The translations under genes and the position numbers were made by a program. A DNA stretch of 63,141 bases, filler included, from Globobulimina sp. (lineage: Eukaryota): the NCBI GenBank assembly GCA_003354225.1. It is 34 parts of 34 records of this genome, joined end to end, with 100 filler letters (N's around TTAATTAATTAA, not from the genome) between each part and the next. Parts side by side here need not be neighbours in the genome. Positions count along the whole stretch, not along the records: positions 13,028 to 14,788 come from PIVH01012244.1; positions 14,889 to 16,649 come from PIVH01012245.1; positions 16,750 to 18,510 come from PIVH01012246.1; positions 18,611 to 20,370 come from PIVH01012247.1; positions 20,471 to 22,230 come from PIVH01012248.1; positions 22,331 to 24,090 come from PIVH01012249.1; positions 24,191 to 25,950 come from PIVH01012250.1; positions 26,051 to 27,810 come from PIVH01012251.1; 26 more parts are not named here. One strand, 5' to 3'. Of this stretch, positions 13,091 to 26,241 are shown one piece after another. The first letter of the stretch is position 1; every line of letters begins with the position of its first letter. The notes beneath the pieces were generated by a model that worked only from the letters and a program-made list of their open reading frames with translations, did not search any database and was not told the DNA's origin.

Positions 13091-14501
13091 ATGGTGCTTT
13101 CAGCACTGTGTGTTATTCTTTTAATTAATCCATTGGTAGCACAACATGTCCGCATCTACCATGAAATAATGGACGATCCAACTGGTTGGACTGTTTGGAA
13201 TGACGGAGGGGACGCACCGGTTATGCCTTATACTAACACGAACTGTGTGAATACACCAAGCTGTTGCATGTTGCCATTTCCGTGGGGCTCTGCTAGCAAA
13301 ATATTTTCAACAACAGGATATCACAACATTTATGTGAAATTCTCTGTGCGTGCAGACGGGACAACATATTCCACGCCAGCCATGGATGCCCTTTGGTTGG
13401 AGTTATACCCAGATGCTAATTTTAATGACAATATGGAAACAAATTGGCTTCCCAATACATTTAATACTGATCAGTTTGATCCACCATTAAATGCCACTTT
13501 TTATCCCTCTCCAAACGCAAATTATATCGATGATAAACCAAATATGAAACTCGAATGGGGTTTGGGGAGCACTGTGTCTTCTGTGTATAGGGTTTATTTG
13601 TCACATTTAGAAATCTATGGAATACCAATCTCTGTAAATGATCCAACAAATGGCCCAACAAATGACCCAACAAATGGCCCAACGCCTATTCCAACAACAA
13701 ATCCAACAAATGACCCAACTCATATTCCCACAGTAAATCCAACACTTATTCCAACATTTAATCCAACACATATTCCAACAACAAATCCGACAAATGACCC
13801 AACACATATTCCAACATATAATCCTACACATATTCCCACAGTAAATCCAACCACTTCAAATCCAACCAATGTCCCTACACCAAATCCAACAATATATCCA
13901 ACACAAAATCCATCAAATGCACCAACACATATTGCATCTGGCAGTGTCTTAGCAACAGCAACAAATGTAACAACATTCCGATCACAAAATGGTTTTTCTT
14001 TCTTGTTTCTGTCCAATCTTAATATTTTAACACGATTTGAATAATTTTATAGGACATAGCAATGCCAGTAACAATAAAGCGTTCATATGGATTTTAATAT
14101 CGATTTTATCACTGATTGTGTGTATAAATATTATTTGTGCTGCATTATATTTTAAGAAAAAACGGAAACGTTTGTTGATGTCAAGGAATGTAACAAGTTT
14201 AACTACACTCGGTAGAGAAACAATGGAGGATACGAATATTGAGAATATAAAAGGCGAAAACAATGATAGTGTAGAAAATGAGTGTGGCATAGAATTGGAA
14301 GCAGTGAATGGCGAAAATGAAGCAGAAATTAGTGAGGAATCGGGTGAAGATTTGTATTCAAATATATATAAAACAAATGTTGAAATGATTACAACTAATT
14401 ATAAATCAACCATTAAAGATGAGTCAGAAACAGATGGCACAGCAAATAAAACCGCATACGATGTTGTTACTAACGATGTATATAGGAATGCAAATGTATA
14501 A
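13091..14501 (+). CDS. Type I membrane/surface protein with PT-repeat stalk; intron 13992-14052
   Basis: Signal peptide, globular N-domain, (D/N/I)PTxx repeats, TM helix followed by KKKRKR and an acidic tail. Confidence 0.85.
13640..13932 (+). repeat. Coding 12-bp tandem repeats (CCAACA...) encoding PTxx units
   Basis: Directly visible PTND/PTHI/PTTN repeats. Confidence 0.9.
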
Positions 14502-14585
14502 TTACTTAAAAACAGTATTTACGGAATGCAAATGTGTTCTTGTGTGTGTAATATATAATAACTGCTCAAATAGTTAAACGATACA

Positions 14586-14726
14586 CTTTAGAATAGGACC
14601 TGTTTGAACCATTGTTTTTAAAATCCGCAAATTCGCAAGTCGTTTTGTTAGGAGATGGTGATGACCTCTCCATAGGTTTTAACATTTTTCTAAAACGCGG
14701 TGTTTAAAACAGGTCCTATTCCAAAG
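14586..14726. mobile_element. MITE, family A copy 1 (TIR CTTTAGAATAGGACCTGTTT)
   Basis: Left CTTTAGAATAGGACCTGTTT, right AAACAGGTCCTATTCCAAAG (1 mismatch); flanks CA/TA; the same TIR occurs on two other contigs. Confidence 0.8.
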
Positions 14727-14888
14727 TAATCAAATGTATACAACTTATCTTGTTGGATTCAATGAATATAAAAGGTGAAAACAATGATNNNNNNNNNNNN
14801 NNNNNNNNNNNNNNNNNNNNNNNNNNNNNNNNTTAATTAATTAANNNNNNNNNNNNNNNNNNNNNNNNNNNNNNNNNNNNNNNNNNNN

Positions 14889-16124
14889 ATATATTCCTCA
14901 TTTATTTTTCCATTCCATACACATCACACATAAATCACAACCATTCAAGATACATAACTTTTATTTTTAATAATTAACAAACAATCTAAAATATTTTTTA
15001 ATTTGTTAATACATTTTTATCTGCAATATAAATATCAGACAAATAAAATACATTATTTTTTATGCAAACAACAAACAATTTTTCTATCGCAAATATTATT
15101 TTTTATCGCAAGCAACATTATTTATGGTTTCGTAACGCACAATAAACATTTATGTATCAAATAAATACAAATCAACCAACAACAACTGTTTGAATTGTAA
15201 ATGAATAGCTATTGTTTGATTAAATCATAAAAACTCCAAATTAAATTAAATCGCAAAGCAAATTTTATTATTAAATACTGTTTGTTTTTCATTATTTGTG
15301 ACTATGTTTATTGAATCATATCCTATAATTATTACATATTTTGAGATATTAACTCTCACAAAAATAGAAATTTGAATCATATTCTTGTAAGTTATAAACA
15401 ATAAACAATGGAATCAGATTAATATTCTTGTAAATAAATCAAATTTATTCATTGCACCAAATAAAATATCAACAAAACATTTTCATTTTCAGTATCTACA
15501 ATTTTTTATATATTAAATTTTCAGTATCTACATTTTATACTCATTTGATGTCTGAAATTTATTATATTTATTTACATATCTCACCCAATTTTTTCTTTAT
15601 GTTTCAATCAAAAAACATATATTTATTAATGTGCAATTCATCACATAAATTAGTAATATTAATATGTAACAAATGGTAAATATACGAATATAATTAATCA
15701 ATTATTTGTTGAGTGGAAATGTTTCGATTATAATATAATACTTTTTCAATTCAAAAACATATATTCTTTGTATATAAATCATCACATAAATTATCCAATT
15801 TTGTTAATATTCATTGCAGACTTTGCTAAATTATTAGTATTAATATCAAGAACAATACATTGAGACGCAACACATTCCCATTCTTTATTCAATAACAAAT
15901 CTTTATCCACATCTATAGCTATTCTTTAATCACAAGAAACGTTGCAAATCATATTGCTTTGCATTCAAATGATTCGCCATTAACTCAGTAATTGATAACC
16001 ATATTTGATACAAATATAATAGAAAATGAATGCTATCAATACAAGCTTCAATACCATTGTCAGTCAAATCGAATAATTTACATTTCTTTTCTCGAATTAT
16101 TTTATCATTCGAGATGCAACACAT
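14889..16124 (-). pseudogene. Possible heavily decayed coding sequence
   Basis: Protein-like stretches (e.g. RIAIDVDKDLLLNKEWECVASQCIVLDIN) broken by stops/frameshifts; imperfect internal repeats near 15608 and 15751; no family recognised. Confidence 0.25.
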
Positions 16125-16439
16125 TCATATTTATTACGTATTATTCACACCTTTTATTCAATTAAAAGTCATAAAACACATCACACTCAATATCAACAAG
16201 TATAAACAGCCACGGTCCCATGGTGTTGATTCACAAAAACTGAAGTGAAGTTAAAAATATTTCGAGCAAACAAATTAGAATTATTTCATGATTGTATAGT
16301 GTTTATATTTATTAAATTATTACAATCTATTTAAAATAAAACAAAACGAATTTAAATTTATTCTTTTTGTTTAATAATATTGAATATAATTTGATATTTC
16401 ATAGCAATATTCAACGACAAATACCAATTTATTTCACAG

Positions 16440-16649
16440 CTATTGCCACAACTTATTCACCAACGACAAGTGCACTAGCAATACCATAACATACTTTGCA
16501 CGGCAATCCAACTGCAACATGACCAACAACAGATATCCAAAAACATATATCTCACAACAAATGTCCAACAACAAATATCCAACAAATATCCAACAAATAG
16601 CCAAAAACATATACCAATAATTTGCACAATATATATATCCACAAAGTCC
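16440..16649 (+). pseudogene. Decayed PT-repeat sequence
   Basis: Degenerate CCAACAA(A/C)TAT repeats like those at 13640-13932, with no open frame. Confidence 0.4.
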
Positions 16650-16843
16650 NNNNNNNNNNNNNNNNNNNNNNNNNNNNNNNNNNNNNNNNNNNNTTAATTA
16701 ATTAANNNNNNNNNNNNNNNNNNNNNNNNNNNNNNNNNNNNNNNNNNNNTAAATTCGTGATGTATAGAATATTACATTCATTCGCCCATAGGCTATAAAC
16801 AGGCAGTGTTTCAAAAACGAAATGTTTTGAATTCAAACTGTAA

Positions 16844-16883
16844 TTTTAAAAACAATGTGTTTCAAACATGTCCTATTCTAAAG
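16844..16883 (-). mobile_element. MITE family A, single recognisable end (copy 2)
   Basis: Reverse complement reads CTTTAGAATAGGACATGTTTGAAACACATTGTTTTTAAAA, matching about 40 bp at 14586; followed by TA. Confidence 0.7.
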
Positions 16884-17074
16884 TATTCAACAATTTTAAA
16901 AAATATATTTTTGAGCTCTTGATCATATACAATATTAATTGTATACATATTATATATCCTTGCACTTATAATGTTGACGTATATTTTATGAGTTTCTAAA
17001 AAACATATTGAGGGAAAAAAATAACTAAAATTTAAATTTTAACATAATAAAAATAAATAATTTAATTAATTCAT

Positions 17075-17923
17075 TCATGATTTTTGAGTTTGAATTTCTT
17101 GCATGTTTGGTAAATCAATAAATGCTAAAACGTATCGATCAGCACAATTAAACCCATCCGGTACACAATTATCACCCCCGAAAACCCCAGGATTTATACC
17201 ATGAGACAACAGATCAATATGTACGACAATAAATAGTCCATCACTGACTGTTGGCGATCGAACAACAATCGCATTTCCTTCAACATCTACTTTTTGTAAG
17301 CCATTCCTATCAAACTCGCGTAAAAATTCTAACGCGATATGTGCATAATCGCCAGATTCGCGATATTTCCTTTGGCACAAATGTGCATAATCCGGTATAT
17401 GAGGAATATTACAAAATGATTTTTGTGTAATGGCTTCCACTGTATTTACTAATGGTACTTGGAATGCTTTTAATGGGTTATAATCCAAATCAATCTCCCA
17501 ATGAAAGTCGCCATCCTCATCGATTTCAAACACATTTGGTTCTGTCATTGGTTGTCGACCAGAATTAAAAGGTGCGGTGGTGCTGGACGCAGGAGACACA
17601 AATAATGAATATTTGAATATGGGATGACTTAAATCTTTATGGCGTTGCCAGACTGAGACGGGCGTTGATACTGGGAATCCATGGCCAGAAATTGAATATT
17701 TTGCTTTGCCGTCATCACAAATATGGATTTTAGCTTTAGTGAATTCAAAATCTGTGGATGGGAACAAATCTCGATCTGATAAATCAACATTTGGTGGTAA
17801 TGGAAAAATAAAATCTGGCAATATATTTATATTATCCTTTAAATCATAGTGAGGACAAAATGCATCATTTAATTCTGATAAATATAAAAATATGATAGTT
17901 GGTATGTAGATTGAGGATTTCAT
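17075..17923 (-). CDS. Secreted hypothetical protein, intronless
   Basis: 282-aa ORF from ATG 17923 with a signal-peptide-like N-terminus; no family recognised. Confidence 0.7.
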   Translation of the reverse strand: MKSSIYIPTIIFLYLSELNDAFCPHYDLKDNINILPDFIFPLPPNVDLSDRDLFPSTDFEFTKAKIHICDDGKAKYSISGHGFPVSTPVSVWQRHKDLSHPIFKYSLFVSPASSTTAPFNSGRQPMTEPNVFEIDEDGDFHWEIDLDYNPLKAFQVPLVNTVEAITQKSFCNIPHIPDYAHLCQRKYRESGDYAHIALEFLREFDRNGLQKVDVEGNAIVVRSPTVSDGLFIVVHIDLLSHGINPGVFGGDNCVPDGFNCADRYVLAFIDLPNMQEIQTQKS

Positions 17924-18610
17924 TTGAGCCACCAAAAGAAGGGGAAACTAATAAATCGCACTGATGTGAAATATGAACCTAGAGAAGGTTTTGAGGTTTT
18001 TTTTGAGAATTGAAAAATGTAGCATCTTTTTTTTTGCACCTTTTTTTTCAATGAGTCATCCTGATGAATATTAAATGCATGCACTGAAACAACACACATT
18101 TTTTTATCAACCATATTGTCATACAAATACAATGCAAATTCGTACGTTATCATTGCATTTGTAACATTTATAGATTGAGTATCTTTTTGCCAGTGTTACC
18201 ACTTCGCAATCACCGTTTATTGATACGGTTAAACATATAACATATTATACGTTATATATACCATTGGAAATATGCACGCAATCATTCGACATTTAATCGC
18301 CAGTGGTTGCGTTGTTATATTCACGCAGCATAAAAATAATAAACGCTTTATTTGTGGTGAATTAATGTATTTATGATGCAAAAGAAATTGCAAAAACACC
18401 ATTTCATTGTTCCTATCATTTTACTAAAAATAACTTGTTACATTGTTGGTCATTTACCGTTGGAGTGACAGGATAATTTAATGCGGTGCAATGAAGAGCT
18501 TCCCATAATANNNNNNNNNNNNNNNNNNNNNNNNNNNNNNNNNNNNNNNNNNNNTTAATTAATTAANNNNNNNNNNNNNNNNNNNNNNNNNNNNNNNNNN
18601 NNNNNNNNNN

Positions 18611-20370
18611 ACCCTTGTTATGGACGATTGGGTTATTGATGGCACACAAAATCAGCCTGCAATTGTGTTTGATAGAGTTGATTTTGTGTTTAACAATTTA
18701 AATGCTACAAATAATCAGAAATCTATTGCTCGTTTTTTAGCTGCGAATGAAAATACATATACCCATATTGTACGAAATTCATATTTTAAATCAAATCGCG
18801 ATGTTATGTTTTCATTTCAAACGTATGTATTTAGGAATGCATCATCCTTTACAATGGTGAACAATATATTTGATGCAAATGAAGGCGGTATTTTATATTT
18901 AGAAATAGATGAATCTGCGGCATATGCACAGCCATCACCGATTTCAATCACAAATTCAGAAATTATAAATCATAATGGAACCACTCATCCTTTATTTTCA
19001 ATTGCAAGCGACGGCGGAACAAGTTGTACATCGCAAGGATTGGGTCAAAATTGGGCCATTGCGGATCAATTAACATTTGAAGCATTAATATTTAATAATA
19101 ATACAGATACACAATTTACAGATATAGTTTGTGTCAAAGTAAATGTAAACAATATGACATTTAGCAATAATGAAAGGAGTATGATGTTATTTTCCGATTA
19201 TTCGTTGCCATCATTGACAAATTTCAGCAGCAACGGAAACAAAGGAACGCTAATTCAATTATCCGATACACAAACAACAACACTTCGATATCATACAATA
19301 ACTAACCACGAAGGCAATTATTTAATGTACGATGCATCAATAACATCATTCGGTGGTGCTGATATATTGATAGCTAAAGATATTATCTTTGATTCATGCA
19401 ATTCATTTTATAACAGTGTCGATTATTGGTTTATTACGGTCTTTGGGACAATTTCAAGAGTCTCTACAATACAATTTTTATTAAAAGACGTTGCATTTAA
19501 TTCAAATTTCGGCCAATTAGTATCTACACAAATTACAGATACAGCCGCAGTTGATTTAGGTATTCGTTTTTCTAAAAATATATATATATATACACACTAT
19601 TAAAAAAACTTTGCCTTAAAAAAAAAACTTACTTTAAGGTGCATGCCCCGATGTACTAACAACTGCTTACAGTGATGGAGAGATTGAAATTATTGATTGT
19701 ACATTTGATTCGAACATAGGGAATGATGTAAATTCTGTGTTTATGCAATTTCATTGGTCATTAGTTGAAATTGGTGATTCTTCTCTTTTTTCAAATAATA
19801 ATGATTATGATATATTGATACAATTAATTGACAGTACAGTTACTTTGGATAATACGCAATTCGATTATAACGATAATGTGAATACAATGATTGATTTTGG
19901 TCGGGAACTGGCGATTGGTTCAAAATCAAATCAATTCTGCGCATTCAATTTAGATATATTGGGGAATACAAGCCGTGTTAATAATGAATTTATACATTTT
20001 ACAAATATCACAGACATGGACTTACTCTCTGTCACCGACTCACAAGTCGTCGCACCAAATTTCAATGGCTTTATTGGTGGCTATGCCGCACCGAACCAAA
20101 ATGGCGCAATTATTACTTTGAAAGACTTAGAAATTTCAAACTTTGGCGGCTCATTTATTTACTTTGACGATGGTGAGAGAGAATTAATAAATGTCGATTT
20201 TTCGGATTCGGATTTTGATACAAATAGTCAACAATTAATTTTTGTAAATACTTTCTCAAATACTGCCTCTAAAACATTTACAATTCACAACATCTCATTA
20301 TTTGATGTATCCGCACCAACGACGAGTTTAATTGATATTAATTCGGGAGGTTCCACACAAATCGACCTCT
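18611..20370 (+). CDS. Large Asn-rich surface protein fragment, probable beta-helix/pectin-lyase-like repeats; intron 19560-19638
   Basis: Recurrent F.NN / I.NS.F motifs; the intron joins the two ORFs in frame. Confidence 0.65.
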
Positions 20371-20637
20371 NNNNNNNNNNNNNNNNNNNNNNNNNNNNNN
20401 NNNNNNNNNNNNNNTTAATTAATTAANNNNNNNNNNNNNNNNNNNNNNNNNNNNNNNNNNNNNNNNNNNNCCCTGCCTTCCATATTTGTTTACAAAGCAA
20501 CAATTTGCGTCCAATTCGGAGAGTCGTTCATCAACAAAATACTTGCTTACAAAGCAAAACCAAGATCTAAATCTGGTTACAAACAAAAAAAGAAACCTTT
20601 ACTGATCTCTGACATAGCAAGGTTAGCTCCAAAAGCT

Positions 20638-21792
20638 ATGTCACAAAAACGACGAGTTCGATATTCGCAAATTGCAAAAACAGTTTTGACGCAAGCTTCA
20701 AAATGCATTCGTGCCAACAACTATGCGTTTGATTTTTGTTATGTTACACGCAGATTGGTATCGGTTGATATGATTGATATGAAATGGAAGGATGCGTTGA
20801 GGAAATATTTACAAATCACACAATTTGGTCACGAAAAAATTCCCCAGGATTACTATTATTATTTGATACCAATTATACTGAGAAAATATAAAATGGCCGA
20901 ACAGATTTTATTGCAATGGATAAAAGAACCAAATATTGTAAAATTACTAAATGTCCCCGGTGAGTACATTCAAATCTATGACAATGGTAAATTGTTGACC
21001 ATATACTGTCATTTGGTGTTGTTATATTGTGATAGTGGCAAAATTAATAAATGTCGACATTATATAGAAAGTGGAAAAGCGCTTTGTTTGAAATTGCGTC
21101 ATAGTCAATCCGTGAAAGAGCATTATAACCAATCTGCTGTTTTTTATTTTCATTGGGTTTATGCGTATTACTTATCTATGGATAAAAATGTTGATTCAGA
21201 GGTGACATCGGATGCAGTTTTTATCGCTTTCATGCAGTTTGATATCGGATATGCCACCGAGTTACTTTTCAAAATGTGTTTTTATTTTGGGAAATATTTT
21301 CATTATACACAGCGAAATTTTCATTGTGCGAAGATGTTTTATTATGTTAGTATTTGCAGAATGAAATTCAATGAAAAAGAAATGGTTTATTACAATTATG
21401 CCAAATTATTGTATGAAATGAAAAAATATAAAACATCACTAAAATATTGGCAAAAAGCAAAAAATTTATTGTTTTGTAGAGGAAATGAAATGGAATATAC
21501 GCAGTTTAAAAATTTAATAATATCGAAGCAAATTTATTATACATATTCTATTTATTGCTCGTGGTGTAAAACCAAACAAAAATCAACAAAAGCAATTATT
21601 TATAAGAAATGTGCAAGATGCAAAAGTGTGTTTTATTGCAGCAAACTTTGTCAAAAAAATCATTGGAACAAAGTGCATCGGCTGGAATGTAAAGAGGCAA
21701 TGACAGGAAAGCAATATTTAGAGCAATGGATGAAGGCTAAGTTGGATCGAATATGTATTTGTAAACCATACCAATACATGCTATTTCTTTAG
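20638..21792 (+). CDS. TPR-like + MYND zinc-finger protein
   Basis: CSWC...KKCARCKSVFYCSKLCQKNHWNKVHRLEC MYND signature; YYNYAKLL...YWQKA TPR-like helices. Confidence 0.88.
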   Translation: MSQKRRVRYSQIAKTVLTQASKCIRANNYAFDFCYVTRRLVSVDMIDMKWKDALRKYLQITQFGHEKIPQDYYYYLIPIILRKYKMAEQILLQWIKEPNIVKLLNVPGEYIQIYDNGKLLTIYCHLVLLYCDSGKINKCRHYIESGKALCLKLRHSQSVKEHYNQSAVFYFHWVYAYYLSMDKNVDSEVTSDAVFIAFMQFDIGYATELLFKMCFYFGKYFHYTQRNFHCAKMFYYVSICRMKFNEKEMVYYNYAKLLYEMKKYKTSLKYWQKAKNLLFCRGNEMEYTQFKNLIISKQIYYTYSIYCSWCKTKQKSTKAIIYKKCARCKSVFYCSKLCQKNHWNKVHRLECKEAMTGKQYLEQWMKAKLDRICICKPYQYMLFL

Positions 21793-22330
21793 TACCCAGA
21801 GGACTATAGTGTGATGACTTCCTTCTCCAGTTTAGACAAATAAGATTGTTCGGAAATGTATAGTAGAATGCACAACGTGTATTATTGCTCTGATTATCGC
21901 TAATCGCTTGCATTTTTATAAATTCGGACTACGTCGTCCTTTGCCGTATCATATTGGAAAAACACATGACATTATGTGCATGAATATTGGGCGAAAATAA
22001 CTGGTAACTGGACCATTACATTTGCATGTAAGACCTTGCTTTTTCCTATAATATGTTATATATAGGCTTAGCCCATTCTCAAATAAACAGATCAGCTTTA
22101 AGCATTGCTTCTCTTCTCTGGGTTGAAAAAAATTTGAAGATAAGAGAATACGGAACGAACAAAGAAAGAACCTTTGGTACCTCGAAAAAAGATAGCCTTA
22201 CAACGCCATTTAAAAAAAAGACTATTATAGNNNNNNNNNNNNNNNNNNNNNNNNNNNNNNNNNNNNNNNNNNNNTTAATTAATTAANNNNNNNNNNNNNN
22301 NNNNNNNNNNNNNNNNNNNNNNNNNNNNNN

Positions 22331-22622
22331 TAAACAATCGATCAAATCGATGGTTTGGAATACGATAAATAATAAATTGCAATTAGCCATTTCCTGTAAT
22401 AATGATCGATTATATTTGTGGTCAAAATCCGGTTCTGTTGTTATGCGGGTTGTTGCGTCGAGGATTAATGTAAAAAGAATAGCATGGAGACCAATTACAA
22501 ATAATCAAAATCAAAATAATAATAATAAAAAAAAATCAAAATATGAGAATATCATTAGTAAAGATTGCATTTGTTTGATTGATAGAAATCATTTTTGTTG
22601 TTGCTATGATTTGGACTTTTGA
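22331..22622 (+). CDS. WRAP73: C-terminus of WD40 protein WRAP73/WDR8-like
   Basis: LAISCNNDRLYLWSKSG...IAW...CLIDRNHFCCCY resembles the recalled WRAP73 C-terminus. Confidence 0.6.
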
Positions 22623-22691
22623 GTAGCAATTTGATTTTATGTGTGGTTATTTAAATTAAACAGCGCCAAAACTTTCTCCTAAACTGACTGC

Positions 22692-23999
22692 ATGGCGAGT
22701 ACCTTTATTGGAATATGTTTGTGTATTGTTGGCAGTTTAACTCAAGCGGTAGCCTTTATTATTCAGAAAAAAGGACATATAAATAATGCAGAATTGAACA
22801 AGGATAGAAACAAGGAAGAACATAAAGGAATTGTTACAAATAAAATTTGGTTGTTTGGTTTAGGATTATATGCAGTTGGTGGTACTCTAAACGCGGCGGC
22901 ATTACGATTTGCACCACAATCAGTGTGTACACCGCTAGGTAAGTAACGTTACAGTACTTTGTATGAATTGTATCTGTATCATGTCAATGTCATTCATTTC
23001 ATGTGTATACGTACTGCAGGCTCATTAGTTTTAGTAGGAAACACCATTTTAGCCTGGAAGTTTCTGGCGGAAAAGTTATTGACCGAAGATATTGTTGGTA
23101 TTATTATTATTATCATTGGAAATGTGTTACTCATTGTATTTGGTCCTCGATCTGACGATGATGAAATTAATATCGATATTTTAACAGTTAAGTATAATAA
23201 TTTAGCAATGCACGATGCAATCCAATATTTTACATACTATATATAGTCCTATTATTCATCATTACCTTTTATAATATTTTCTGTTGTATATTTTAGTGTT
23301 GCTGTAATTGATTTTATTGTAACAAAATTTGTAGAATTTAAAAACTTTAAACATGAAAGTAACACAGAAATAACATATGGTGCCAATTTTTTACTGTTGT
23401 CCTATACTTTTATTGCCAGCTTTTTTGGTTCAATGAATATATTATTTCAGAAATCAACAATATTTTTAATATCATCCGCAGTTTCATCCGCCAGTGATCG
23501 CGACACAAATTTAAGCAATCCATTGACATATATTGTATTCGTTGCATTTGTAACATGTTTATTAAGTATGGAGTATTTTCGACAAAGAGGTTTAGCATAT
23601 TTTGGCGCATTATATGTAGTGCCGACATACGCAGTTTTACAAATAATTGGTGCAACATTAGTCGGTGCCATATATTTTCAAGAGTTAGGAAACACAGAAA
23701 CATACAAATTAATAATATTTTTTAGTGGCTTAGTAATTACATTGATTGGCGTATTTATATTGGCGTGGGATATTGGTAAAATATTACAAGAAATTAAAGC
23801 TAAAATTGCCGTTGCATATGGAACAAAGGATGATGTTAAAGGAATGGATACTAAAAATGCAATACCAGTGTATGGCGGTCCAATTGCAAATTATTATCAG
23901 CAACGTAATTTAAGACGAAAACCATATTTTCATAATGTTCAATTTGAAGGAATTAATCAAGGGATTACTAGTACAGACATAGACCACGATTCATTATAA
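22692..23999 (+). CDS. NIPA-family magnesium transporter (DMT superfamily); introns 22939-23019, 23187-23246
   Basis: IIQKKG, W.FGLGLY..G..LNAAALRFAPQSVCTPLGSLVLV.N, FGALYVVPTY, GAIYFQE. Confidence 0.9.
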
Positions 24000-24195
24000 T
24001 TGATAATCATACAGATTTGTACATGTTTGTCGTTTGAGTGCAAGGATGGTTGATATTTACTTATTTATACTTTATGTTTATACTTTATACNNNNNNNNNN
24101 NNNNNNNNNNNNNNNNNNNNNNNNNNNNNNNNNNTTAATTAATTAANNNNNNNNNNNNNNNNNNNNNNNNNNNNNNNNNNNNNNNNNNNNTACAA

Positions 24196-25950
24196 CTATT
24201 CATTGATTCTACTCAACAATGCAAAATCATCCAATTCGCAATGCACATTATTATTATTATTTAAACTAAACTCATCACTCACCAATGCATTATAATTACC
24301 ATTCAAATCAAGATTGCCATTAATATTCAAATCAAGATCATGCAGAGCATCGATATCAATATCATCAATATCATCGATTAAATTAGTATTTCCATCATGT
24401 TGTAACTGTGGTTTACTCCGCTTGACCGCCGCCAACGCACATTCTTTCCAATCCGATTTATAAAAAATAACAAAAGTACACATTGCAAATGTAGCATAGC
24501 CCAAAATTATGCCGTACCAAATTCCTTTAATGCCATAACCAAAATAGATGCCTAACAAATAGCTGGTCGGCACAGAAATGCCCCAACAGCCAACCAACGC
24601 ACTCGCCGCCAACGCGACAGTCCTCGCTTGTGCAATTAATATAGAAACGACAATGGTAAATATATTCAACGCAAACAGCGCAGCGCCAATCATTGGAAAT
24701 ATCTGCTCGTAAATGTCATATATCTCCTGCTGCCCAGACACCACATACGCTAAATATTTCCCAACAGTCGCTAATAAGCCACCGATCACCACACCGTCCA
24801 CCACCGCTAACACAATGCCAACCCATGCCACATATCGCGCATATTTCGCGTTATTTGCGCCTAAAAAATTTGCCACTCTCACCGACACTGCATCGCCTAA
24901 ACCAATACTGATGGTATGACACGCAAAAATAATGGTAACTGAGCTGCTGAATGCTGCTAAATCTGCTTCGTCCAAATGTGCTGCAAATAGCGCCACGATC
25001 TGAATTTGCCAATCTTCCAATGCGGAGGAGATAGTTTGCGGAATTGCGATAGCAACGAATTGCTTTATTCTCGCACACGAAAACGTAGAGTATTTAAAAG
25101 AAGACCATGTACCTGACGTGAAATGGTACTTTTTCCACACGAACATATAAAGCATATAAACGCAATATTGCGTAGTCTGCGTCGTTGCAGTTGCGATGGG
25201 CGAGCCTATGAACCCCAAACCATGCCAGGAACCGCCATTTATTTGCTGCAAACACCAATTTATGCCGTACCCGTACACCAACACTAAATTGATTAATAAA
25301 TTAAAAAGCACCATGACAGTGCAGACGCAGGTCGCCGGCAACACATTTGATTGCGCTTTGAAATACATTCTGTTATAGTTATAGTTGTGTAATAATTATA
25401 CATCTTGATATAGTTTGTTGTGTATATCTAAGTTATACCTGGTTGCCATAAATTGAGTGTTGGGCAAAATGGATATCATGGACCAACGCGCAAATTTTCC
25501 GCTTAACGAAGCAATCTCGGTCGTTGTGCCAAAAGCTAATAATATCTGCTCGCAGAAACCATAGGTAATGAATGTAGGAATGGATAGGACCGCAGCGAGA
25601 ACGCAGCCTAATTGCATCCATTCAGAAACTTGCGGCAGATTCCTGGCACCGACGGCTTGCGAACATAATACATTTATGGTGCCACAAAATGCATGGATAT
25701 ATGTGCCGCATATAGCCATTAGAATGTTGGCCAGGGCCGAAGCAGCAAGGTATTTCGTGCCGAGATGGCCCACTATTGATTGGTCAGTGAATGCTTGTAA
25801 GACTCTGGTGGCTAAACTGAAGCCAATTGGCGCGCCTAATACTATCAAATCTTTGCTCTCCGTTTGACAGTTTGTGTTTCGGAAGCTTAAGTCTGCCCAT
25901 TGTGGTTCATCCAATCGTTGACTTAGGGAATGAGTGAATGGGTAAGTGTA
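24196..25950 (-). CDS. MATE multidrug/toxin extrusion transporter, 5' partial; intron 25370-25438
   Basis: DQSIVGHLG..YLAASALA, LCSQAVGA.N, YFKAQ, LGFIGSPIAT, SVRVANFLGANN, GIKGIWYG. Confidence 0.93.
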
Positions 25951-26241
25951 NNNNNNNNNNNNNNNNNNNNNNNNNNNNNNNNNNNNNNNNNNNNTTAATT
26001 AATTAANNNNNNNNNNNNNNNNNNNNNNNNNNNNNNNNNNNNNNNNNNNNTGGTATAATTGTACTGTCACCAAACCGCCGTTGAGCCTTTCTTTGAGTTC
26101 TAATTAATTAAGTTCTAATTTAATTAAGTTCAACCCACAAAGGTCGTGAGTCGTGTCAGACAAAGCGACGTGCCGAATCACTCAAAAAGTTAGAGTTTTT
26201 GAACGTTTTTTTAGCACTTTACGTAAAAAGTAGCAGTAAGC

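Noticed and set aside
13461-14016. Minus-strand ORFs with CWIC/VGFVVG repeats
   Set aside because: Antisense shadows of the PT-repeat coding region
14764-14788. 25-bp copy of coding sequence 14243-14267 at the contig end
   Set aside because: Too short and cut by the contig edge; probably the start of a local duplication and cannot be interpreted
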